A DNA stretch of 16,518 bases, taken from Candidatus Omnitrophota bacterium. Its GTDB lineage: Bacteria; Omnitrophota; Gorgyraeia; JABMRN01; RBG-13-46-9. Numbering within the stretch: position 1 is the stretch's first letter; every line of letters begins with the position of its first letter. Under the pieces are notes generated by a model, which had not been told where the DNA came from, did no database searches, and saw only the letters and a list, made by a program, of their open reading frames with translations. The translations under genes were made by a program, and so were the position numbers. This document shows, one piece after another, positions 9,513-16,518 of the stretch. The stretch lies in assembly GCA_013203315.1 (NCBI GenBank), contig JABMQJ010000003.1, forward strand, positions 1 to 16,518. Direction: 5' to 3'.

Positions 9513-10574
9513 TTACTTAGCGAGTTGCTTTTTTAAATATGTAATGCGATCAACCGGCGCCGGATTGATCCCGTTCAGTATCGAAAGATAAAAGCTTACA
9601 AAATCCCCCGTATAGATTAGCGAAAGTATCCTTTCAAGCGGAGATTTTCCTTCACTTTCAAGTTCTAAAACGCTGAATTTTGATCTTTTTAAAATTGAGA
9701 CCGTTATGTCCATGCGTTTTTTAACTCTTGCACAGTCTTCTTTATCTCTTAATACGATCGCGACAAAATTTTTCAAAACATTTTTCGGATGCACCCATCC
9801 TACTATCTCATTATGATTCATCTCCGGAAAAACATGTGAAGACGCAAGGGTTTTACTGTTTTCGGCAATTTGCCCTCTCCAACGCGTTGCGACACTGCCT
9901 AATTTATCCGAGGCGTAGATAACAGGGACCTTCCCGCGTATTTTTCTTGCAATATTCTTAGCTACGTTGGCCCTACCCTTTACGGATGAGGCAAGTTTCT
10001 TTCCTTGCAGGTTATTCAAAAAACGTACTGCATTTTTTATTTCTTCTTTTTTATCTTTTATGATGCCTAGTTTAGATAATGTAGTCAGCGCCGGAATAAA
10101 CGAGTAACCAAGCGCGCATCTGGGAGGATATCCTTTCGGTATAATAATCAGCATGTCTTTATTCTTCAGGGCCAGGTCTTTTAATTTTCCGCCTGAAGTG
10201 ATTGCCACGACGTTTGTTTGACGCTTTTTTGCGTCTGCATACGCAGACAGGGTTTCTTCGGTGTTACCCGAATAACTTGCGGCAAAGACAAGCGTTTCCC
10301 TGTTTACAAAATGCGGCATCGCATAAGTTCTATTTACAAAAATGGGAATACTAATTTCTCCTCCCACATACCCTTTTATAACATCGGCTCCTATCGCAGA
10401 GCCTCCTAGACCCGTAAAAACAATATTTGCGTAGTTTTTCTTATAAGAAGTAACCAGGCTTGAGTGCTCTCCTATGAAAAGAGCATCCTTGCACTGTTTA
10501 GGAAAGGAAACTAATAAATCAAGCATGTCTTCTCTGTCTAGCTTTGTTATGTCTTTTAAGTTATCTATGTTCAT
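9513..10574 (-). CDS. Bifunctional phosphoglucose/phosphomannose isomerase (SIS-domain PGI/PMI family)
   Basis: GLGGSAIG, SYSGNTEETL, ITSGGKL, PPRCA, RWRGQIAENSK, FPEMNHNEIVG, GDFVSFYL and terminal LK motifs; 353 aa. Confidence 0.9.
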   Translation of the reverse strand: MNIDNLKDITKLDREDMLDLLVSFPKQCKDALFIGEHSSLVTSYKKNYANIVFTGLGGSAIGADVIKGYVGGEISIPIFVNRTYAMPHFVNRETLVFAASYSGNTEETLSAYADAKKRQTNVVAITSGGKLKDLALKNKDMLIIIPKGYPPRCALGYSFIPALTTLSKLGIIKDKKEEIKNAVRFLNNLQGKKLASSVKGRANVAKNIARKIRGKVPVIYASDKLGSVATRWRGQIAENSKTLASSHVFPEMNHNEIVGWVHPKNVLKNFVAIVLRDKEDCARVKKRMDITVSILKRSKFSVLELESEGKSPLERILSLIYTGDFVSFYLSILNGINPAPVDRITYLKKQLAK

Positions 10575-10595
10575 GCCGCGCCTTTCTAAAGTTTA

Positions 10596-12386
10596 CTATA
10601 CAATTTTAATAGCTAAATCCGGAACAAGTTTCTTTAACTGTGTTTTTGCCAGAGTTTCCACCTCCTGGCCCGTAGAAAGAGTGAGCGCTTTCTCGGCAAT
10701 TTTCTTGGCATCTTCATATTTGACCGCTCTTATGATGCGCTTTATCTCCGGAACCACAATGGGTGAGGTGCTGAATTCATCCAAGCCGAGCCCAAGAAGA
10801 AGTACGGCAAGCGCCACTTCACCTGCCATTTCACCGCACATTCCGACCCATATTTTTTCGCGATGGCCATTATCTATAACCATCTTGATAAGCCGTAAAA
10901 CTGCCGGGTGTGCCGGTTCATATAGATATGCTATCTTTTCATTAACCCTATCAACCGCAAGAGCGTATTGAATTAAGTCGTTGGTGCCGATCGAGAAAAA
11001 ATCTACTTCTTTTGCCAGGACATCGCTTATGAGCGCAGCAGACGGCACTTCTATCATGGCGCCGACTTCTATTTTTCTGTCAAACGGAATAGATTTTTTC
11101 TTAAGCTCATTCCTTACCTCTTCCAGTATGGCGTTTGCCTGCCTTAGCTCCTCAACGCCGGATATCATCGGATACATAACCTTGAGTTTCCCGTAGTGAG
11201 AAGCGCGTAATATTGCCCTTAGCTGCGCTTTAAATATATCCGGCCTTGCCAAACAAAATCTTATGGCCCTCCATCCCAAGAAAGGATTCATTTCGTGCGG
11301 CACTTCAAATTGCGACAAGAACTTATCTCCTCCTAAATCAAGCGTCCTTACGATAACCGGGCGCGGGTGAAGCGCCAAGGCCGCATCTTTATAGGACTGG
11401 AATTGCTCATCTTCTGAAGGAAGATTTTTTTTGTTCATGTAAAAATACTCGGTTCTGTAAAGGCCTATGCCGTTTGCGCCGTGAGCTAATACGCTTGGAA
11501 CATCTTGCGGCAATTCAATGTTGGCGGCCAGCTCTATTTTCCTTCCGTCAAGCGTCTTTGCAGGCAGGTCTTTCAGCTTCAGAAGGTTTTTATCAAACTT
11601 TTCGAATTGCTTCTTTTCGTTTTGATATCTTTTTACCGTCTTTTTTGAAGGATTTATTACTACAAGGCCCCTGTTACCGTCTACAATTATACTCGAACCG
11701 TCTTTAACGCTTGATGTGGCGGTTTCCAAGCCGACAACTGCCGGAATTTCTAGGGACTTTGCCATGATAGCCGTATGTGAGGTCCGGCCTCCTATGTCTG
11801 TGGTAAAAGCGACAACGTTACCACGGTGCATCATGGCGGTATCCGAAGGCGATAGGTCATAAGCGACAACTACAACTTTTTTCCTTAAGTTCTCAAGGGA
11901 GCGGTGCTCGGCGCCGAGAAGGTTCTTTAGAATCCTTCTTCCGACATCGTTTATATCGCTTACCCTTTCCCTCAGGTATTCATCGTCACTCTTTGAAAGC
12001 ACCCTTAAATACTTCTCCAGCACTTCCCAGAATACATATTCGACCGCGAGTTTATCTTTTTTAAGCTTAGAAATAACCTCGCCCATGAGAACTTCGTCTT
12101 CCAAAACCATGAGATGCGCCCCGAATATGCGCGCTTTTTCAATGCCCATTTCATTTGCTATTTTTTTGTGGATAGCCAGGATTTCCAACCGTGTTTTTGT
12201 AAGGGCTTCTTTGAAGCGGATAACTTCACCCTCAACAACCCTTTCCTTTATCGTCCTGCGAGGAATCAGCACCTCTTCGGCGTAAAGCGGATAAGCCTTG
12301 CCGATAGTAATCCCGGGGGCAGCCGGGATGCCCTTCAAAATAATTTCTTTTTCTTTTACTTTTTGTTTATTTTTCTTTTTTTCCAT
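10596..12386 (-). CDS. ptsI: Phosphoenolpyruvate-protein phosphotransferase (PTS enzyme I, no GAF domain)
   Basis: GGRTSHTAIMA (phospho-His), GIGLYRTE, RTLDLGGDK, NPFLGWRAIR, FSIGTNDLIQY, GMCGEMAG. GGAGG 6 nt before ATG; ends TAG TAA. Confidence 0.96.
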   Translation of the reverse strand: MEKKKNKQKVKEKEIILKGIPAAPGITIGKAYPLYAEEVLIPRRTIKERVVEGEVIRFKEALTKTRLEILAIHKKIANEMGIEKARIFGAHLMVLEDEVLMGEVISKLKKDKLAVEYVFWEVLEKYLRVLSKSDDEYLRERVSDINDVGRRILKNLLGAEHRSLENLRKKVVVVAYDLSPSDTAMMHRGNVVAFTTDIGGRTSHTAIMAKSLEIPAVVGLETATSSVKDGSSIIVDGNRGLVVINPSKKTVKRYQNEKKQFEKFDKNLLKLKDLPAKTLDGRKIELAANIELPQDVPSVLAHGANGIGLYRTEYFYMNKKNLPSEDEQFQSYKDAALALHPRPVIVRTLDLGGDKFLSQFEVPHEMNPFLGWRAIRFCLARPDIFKAQLRAILRASHYGKLKVMYPMISGVEELRQANAILEEVRNELKKKSIPFDRKIEVGAMIEVPSAALISDVLAKEVDFFSIGTNDLIQYALAVDRVNEKIAYLYEPAHPAVLRLIKMVIDNGHREKIWVGMCGEMAGEVALAVLLLGLGLDEFSTSPIVVPEIKRIIRAVKYEDAKKIAEKALTLSTGQEVETLAKTQLKKLVPDLAIKIV

Positions 12387-12657
12387 CGAAATCCTCCGCG
12401 GTATCGCTCAAAAGAAGGTTTTTCAATTCACAAACTGCTTCTTTTGCGCCGTCACCTTCGGCGATAATGGTAATTTTGGTTCCCTTTTCGGCAGCGAGCA
12501 TCATTATGCCCATTATAGATTTCCCGTTAACTTTCTGCTTACCTTTACGAACGACAATTTCGCAGTCGTATTTGTTCGCGATCTGCACGAATACGGCTGC
12601 GGGCCTGGCATGAAGCCCTGATTTATTTTTAATAACTACGTCGTGCTCGAAAGTCAT
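12367..12657 (-). CDS. ptsH: Phosphocarrier protein HPr
   Basis: GLHARPA (His15) and NGKSIMGIMML (Ser46). ATGA overlap with the GH57 gene; 20-nt overlap with ptsI. Confidence 0.95.
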   Translation of the reverse strand: MTFEHDVVIKNKSGLHARPAAVFVQIANKYDCEIVVRKGKQKVNGKSIMGIMMLAAEKGTKITIIAEGDGAKEAVCELKNLLLSDTAEDFDGKKEK

Positions 12658-14648
12658 CCTGATATCCTTATTTTTGTCGTAAAGGAAATTTTGCCTTTTT
12701 TCGGAAGCGCGAGCTTCTTATGGAATAAAAGGGATGCCTCTTGAAAATTCTTTCCGATTCCTCTTTCCGATTCATTCAGCGTGTAAACCGGAAAAGACCA
12801 AAGATCCATCGGTTCTTCAAAAACATGGTTTATCTTAAGGCCCGTGTACCTGTCTGCGAGCGCAACTTCTTTTACGCTCCTCTTCTGACGCCTCTGCATG
12901 AAATGGGGGTCATCTATAGACCAGTTAAATTCTATGCCAAATATAAATTTAAGCGGCACCAAAGAGAGATTCTCCACATCAAATTTCATAAGGATGTGGG
13001 AACCTTTTTCAAGCGTTATCTCTTTGGTAAGACGCAAAAGCCGTCCCCTGCCTCCTATGTGAATCATGGCCTCCTTTTGAAGCTTTATATGGGCCTTGTT
13101 GTTTTCGCATTGCACCTGGTGCGCGTGCGGGCCAAGAAGAGAATCTTCGCCAAAATCGGCATGCGCGGATTTTACAAAATCAGAAAGACTTGTCTTTAAA
13201 TGCATAGCGTGGCAGAGAAAGGAAAACTTCATATAAGAGTCGTAATTTAAAAATCTTTTTAAATTCCTCTCCCTTACTCCGAGCACCTCGTATAAATCTA
13301 TAGATTCCTCGTCATCCATTCTTTTTTTTATGGATTTTATATCGATTTTAGGCTTTCTTTTTAACTTCTCATGGTACGGCTCAACGCGGCGCGACATCGT
13401 ATTTCCCAGGTTATAAGAAAGCGGTTTGTAGTCAATTTCAAAAACCGAACCCGCATAATCAGGATCGACAAATATAGATAGAAATTTATTGCGTGCGCAG
13501 ATGATATTCCTTGGATTGCTTACGAGGTTCAGTACTTCGACTTCCTTTTCTGCGTGTTCGCCTCTTAATATGTCTTCAGCCTTTATAATGTGTTTATACA
13601 CGCCCTGGCGGAGATATTTCAGATAAACGCCGCCAAATATGCCATGCCAATATGCACAATTGGATTGGGATTTATAAAGCTCTTTTTTTGCATTTTCAAT
13701 GTTTTCGCAATGCTCGGTGTTCTTTGCAATTTCGCGGCTTACGTTGAGCATGCGTTTTTTCATGAGGTTTGATTCCGGGTATTTTTTAAAAAAATTGTTA
13801 AAATTGCCGTTACACCACCCAAACATTTCGGCATAACTTGCGTGCGGAATTTCGATCTCGCCGAGCGGACCGGACTCTAAAAGAGCTTCGCTGAAAGTCG
13901 AGGTCCTTATGCGATCGCTTTTTTCAAGTGCTGTGAAAAATTTATCAAGCCACCCTTTTTTGTAAACCCAGTCGTAGGTATGCGGCCACAATCCGAATTT
14001 CTCGCAGTCATCGGCGAAGGTGACCGAATGAGCCGATTCTTTTTCGGAAAGTTTTTCAAGAAAATCGATCGTAGCTTTTATTTCTCTAAAAGGCATGGTG
14101 TAGCGTAATTTTTTGACGGACGGAAATACCGAAAATTCGTTAAAACCCTTAATTGAGTAGTGGCCAAAAATTTCCTCGCGCGTTTTGCCCGACTGCCGAA
14201 GATGAAAGTCGTCCAGGATAGTATACTTAATACCCATGTCTTTAAAGATAGGGGAAAGCGCCGGATCCCACACCCTCTCCGCAAGCCACATTCCTTTAGG
14301 TGTTTTGTTAAAATATTTCCCTATCGTAGAGTTTAGCATCTTGATCTGGCCCTTTGCGTCTTCGGGTGGAACCATCGTTAATATGGGCTCGTAATATCCG
14401 CCCGTAAGAATTTCTATCTGGCCCTTATCGATAAGCGCTTTTAACCTGTTTATGAAAGAGGGTTTGTTTTTAATAATCCATGAAAGAAGCGAACCGGAAT
14501 AATGCAGTGATAATTTTATCTTTGGGTGCTTTTCCAGGACGCCCAAGAATGGCTCGTAGGACTTTTTATACGCATCTTCGAATATATACCCGAAGTTATC
14601 CACCGGTTGGTGACAGTGTAAGGCCATTAGAAAATTTATCTTTTTCAT
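12654..14648 (-). CDS. Glycoside hydrolase family 57, 4-alpha-glucanotransferase/alpha-amylase-like (DUF1925/DUF1926-type C-terminus)
   Basis: GH57 conserved regions HCHQP, GGYYEPIL, WLAERVW (nucleophile Glu), ADDCEKFGLWP (acid/base Asp), QSNCAYWHG; also KYPESN and C-terminal PVYTLNESERG. Confidence 0.88.
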   Translation of the reverse strand: MKKINFLMALHCHQPVDNFGYIFEDAYKKSYEPFLGVLEKHPKIKLSLHYSGSLLSWIIKNKPSFINRLKALIDKGQIEILTGGYYEPILTMVPPEDAKGQIKMLNSTIGKYFNKTPKGMWLAERVWDPALSPIFKDMGIKYTILDDFHLRQSGKTREEIFGHYSIKGFNEFSVFPSVKKLRYTMPFREIKATIDFLEKLSEKESAHSVTFADDCEKFGLWPHTYDWVYKKGWLDKFFTALEKSDRIRTSTFSEALLESGPLGEIEIPHASYAEMFGWCNGNFNNFFKKYPESNLMKKRMLNVSREIAKNTEHCENIENAKKELYKSQSNCAYWHGIFGGVYLKYLRQGVYKHIIKAEDILRGEHAEKEVEVLNLVSNPRNIICARNKFLSIFVDPDYAGSVFEIDYKPLSYNLGNTMSRRVEPYHEKLKRKPKIDIKSIKKRMDDEESIDLYEVLGVRERNLKRFLNYDSYMKFSFLCHAMHLKTSLSDFVKSAHADFGEDSLLGPHAHQVQCENNKAHIKLQKEAMIHIGGRGRLLRLTKEITLEKGSHILMKFDVENLSLVPLKFIFGIEFNWSIDDPHFMQRRQKRSVKEVALADRYTGLKINHVFEEPMDLWSFPVYTLNESERGIGKNFQEASLLFHKKLALPKKGKISFTTKIRISG

Positions 14649-14651
14649 AAA

Positions 14652-15893
14652 TTACACATTATGCTTTTTTAAGGCCGACAATAGATCAATGATTATCTTA
14701 GCGAGTTTATACGGGTCATGACGCACAAAATCTTTCGTGTCTATGATATTGGCTTTTATTATTTCGCAGCCAAGCGCCCTCGCCCCTTCTTCGTCCGCTG
14801 TGACAGCATAAGCACCCTCTCCCTTGTATTTCTCCAAAAGGTCTTCGGGGACCTTGCCCATGTTCACAATGCAATAATCTACAATGCCCCGGCCTGTGTG
14901 CTCTTCTATGGCTTTTATGTGGTCTGATGCTTTATAACTATCAGTTTCACCTGCCTGAGTCATGACATTACAGACGTATATTTTTATCGCCTTTGATTGC
15001 ATGATTGCTTCGTACATACCGTCTATGAGAAGATTCGGCATAACGCTTGTATAAAGGCTGCCGGGACCCAGTGTTATAACTTGTGCTTTCTTTATCGCCT
15101 CAAGCGCCTCAACGGTAGGCCTTGAGTCAGGCGGGCTTATGTACATTCTTTCTATGGGGCTTTTGTTTTCCGGGATCTTGCTTTCGCCGATTGTCTCTGT
15201 CCCGTCTTTGTGGCGGGCTTTTAATACAACCTTGGTTAGTGTTGCGGGAACAACGCTTCCGCGTATGGCCAAAACCTTACTAGAGGCCTTGACTGCCTGC
15301 TCAAAATCCCCTGTAACCTTTGACATGGCGGTTATGAAAAGATTTCCGAAATTGTGCCCTTTTAAATCTTTACCATCATGGAAACGAAATTGAAATAGCT
15401 TTTCCATGAGCGGACCGGCGTCAGCCAATGCTACGAGGCAATTGCGTATGTCGCCCGGAGGCAAGACATTTAATTGCTCCCTTAATCGCCCGCTGGAACC
15501 GCCATCGTCCGCGACCGTAACAACAGCTGTTATGTTACTCGTATATTCCTTTAAGCCCTGCAAAAGCGTTGAAAGGCCCGTGCCGCCGCCAATAGTAACG
15601 ATTCGCGGTCCTTTTTCGAGAATCCTTTTTTGGTATATTTTTTCAACAAGTTGCCCTTCACGATCGCGATCAGGAATAAAAACAGTAACTAGCGATTTTA
15701 CTATTCTACTTACGCCCGTTACGACAATAAGCCCACCCATGATTATGATAATAGCGGCAAAGGTTTTATTTCCGGGTGTTTTTTCCGAAATGACCATCGC
15801 AAATCCCATGGCAACAAATACGATTCCTGCGGCAGTCAGAAAAATCCACCGCTTAATAAACATGCCCGGATACAGCCACTTCAGTTTGCCCAT
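14652..15893 (-). CDS. yvcK: YvcK/GlmR (UPF0052, gluconeogenesis factor) family protein with two N-terminal TM helices
   Basis: IGGGTGLS, VTVADDGGSSGRL, PPGDIRNCL, GHNFGNL, GPGSLYTS, CNVMTQ.GET, RHDP.KLA; N-terminal KWLYPG..KRW followed by two hydrophobic stretches. Confidence 0.92.
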   Translation of the reverse strand: MGKLKWLYPGMFIKRWIFLTAAGIVFVAMGFAMVISEKTPGNKTFAAIIIIMGGLIVVTGVSRIVKSLVTVFIPDRDREGQLVEKIYQKRILEKGPRIVTIGGGTGLSTLLQGLKEYTSNITAVVTVADDGGSSGRLREQLNVLPPGDIRNCLVALADAGPLMEKLFQFRFHDGKDLKGHNFGNLFITAMSKVTGDFEQAVKASSKVLAIRGSVVPATLTKVVLKARHKDGTETIGESKIPENKSPIERMYISPPDSRPTVEALEAIKKAQVITLGPGSLYTSVMPNLLIDGMYEAIMQSKAIKIYVCNVMTQAGETDSYKASDHIKAIEEHTGRGIVDYCIVNMGKVPEDLLEKYKGEGAYAVTADEEGARALGCEIIKANIIDTKDFVRHDPYKLAKIIIDLLSALKKHNV

Positions 15894-15902
15894 TATTTTT
15901 CC

Positions 15903-16373
15903 TTAGTGCCTTTTCTGGTCTTCTTTTCCGATAATGTTAATTAAAGCTTTTTCGGTCGGTGCGTTTTTTAACATGTCCCTGAAATATTTATCTTTTAAAA
16001 GTCGCGAAATGCGCGCAAGCGCCTTAAGATGCGGGCCGGCTGACTGATGCGGTGCCAACAATAAAAAGAATATGTGCACGGGCTCGCCGTCCAAGGAATC
16101 AAAATTTACGCCGTCTTTTGAAATAGCGCAAGCGCCGGTAAGTTCCTTTACGGCTTGAGATTTACCGTGAGGAATCCCGATGCCCTGCCCTATCCCCGTA
16201 GAACCCAGCGATTCCCTGTCGCATATTATCTTAACAAGCGCATCTTTGTCCTTTGGCCTAATCTTGCCGGTTTTTACGATAAGGTCTACCAGCTCTTTTA
16301 TAACACCGTCCTTATCCTTTGACTTTAAATTGACAGATATTCCTTTTTTGTTTAAGAAATCCATGATTTTCAT
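15903..16373 (-). CDS. Stand-alone PTS EIIA component (Fru/Mtl/Ntr-type EIIA_2 domain)
   Basis: RESLGSTGIGQGIGIPHGK (phospho-His), FDSLDGEPVHIFFLL, HLKALARISR. Start reassigned from TTG 16388 to ATG 16373, which has GGAGG upstream. Confidence 0.92.
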   Translation of the reverse strand: MKIMDFLNKKGISVNLKSKDKDGVIKELVDLIVKTGKIRPKDKDALVKIICDRESLGSTGIGQGIGIPHGKSQAVKELTGACAISKDGVNFDSLDGEPVHIFFLLLAPHQSAGPHLKALARISRLLKDKYFRDMLKNAPTEKALINIIGKEDQKRH

Positions 16374-16407
16374 GTATAAAGCCTCCAATTTTGCGAAACA
16401 GAATTGA

Positions 16408-16437
16408 TCCTGAGCCCCGATTTCTCGGGGCGAAGGA
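16408..16437. repeat. Intergenic inverted repeat / REP-like hairpin
   Basis: + strand TCCT-GA-GCCCCGA-TTTC-TCGGGGC-GA-AGGA: perfect 7-bp stem (16414-16420/16425-16431), 2x2 internal loop, 4-bp outer stem. Confidence 0.75.
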
Positions 16438-16466
16438 CCTTACATTGCTATTCCTTTTTTTAGAAG

Positions 16467-16518
16467 TGGAGCGGGAGACCGGGTTCGAACCGGCGACCCT
16501 CACGTTGGCAACGTGATG
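16467..16518 (-). tRNA. tRNA-Gly(GCC), 5' part outside the window
   Basis: - strand reads CA-TCACG-TTGCCAA-CGTGA-GGGTC-GCCGG-TTCGAAC-CCGGT-CTCCCGC-T-CCA: anticodon GCC (16509-16507), canonical T-loop, U73 discriminator, encoded CCA. Confidence 0.95.

Noticed and set aside
10596-12386. Calling enzyme I ptsP (EI-Ntr)
   Set aside because: 596 aa with no N-terminal GAF domain, only a short Lys-rich extension.
12367-12397. A-AAA-AAG slippery heptamer in the ptsH/ptsI overlap, suggesting an HPr-EI fusion by frameshift
   Set aside because: A fusion needs a +1 shift, whereas this heptamer promotes -1, which would send ptsI ribosomes into the ptsH stop. The A-run is only 7 nt, and A-rich 5' coding ends are common here.
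14652-15893. CofD (F420 biosynthesis) assignment
   Set aside because: The motifs (DDGGSSG, PPGDIRNCL, GHNFGNL, GPGSLYTS) and PTS context fit YvcK, and no cof genes are nearby.
16374-16388. TTG start giving a 161-aa EIIA
   Set aside because: The TTG overlaps the GGAGG SD that serves ATG 16373.
16374-16466. SAM/SAH riboswitch or rho-independent terminator in the tRNA-EIIA spacer
   Set aside because: No recognisable aptamer consensus, only one short hairpin, and no U-tract following it on either strand.
16467-16518. tRNA-Gly 3' end as an att site of a genomic island
   Set aside because: No integrase, no duplicate of the tRNA 3' end seen in the window, and the downstream genes are housekeeping.

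Overview
Core-genome window from a diderm (LptF/LptG-encoding) bacterium. The gene set and order resemble Candidatus Omnitrophota/PVC-type genomes, which is inference only. One + strand gene (ComF family, with a near-consensus sigma70 promoter) converges on 14 tightly packed - strand genes (gaps <=21 nt) lying downstream of a tRNA-Gly(GCC) cut by the window edge. In transcription order they are: PTS EIIA, membrane-anchored YvcK/GlmR, GH57 4-alpha-glucanotransferase-like enzyme, HPr, enzyme I, bifunctional PGI/PMI, sugar-phosphate nucleotidyltransferase, MetK, AhcY, PfkA, an atypical class II aldolase, LptF, LptG and a membrane-anchored metallophosphoesterase with altered metal ligands. I saw no mobile element, CRISPR array or defence system. 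The best candidate for an undescribed system is the operon itself: a permease-less PTS plus YvcK with a GH57 enzyme inside the module, linked to upper glycolysis, the SAM cycle and LPS export. Smaller oddities are a REP-like hairpin after the tRNA, four genes in one frame separated by TAA-NNN-ATG, overlapping convergent stop codons, and several active-site substitutions.
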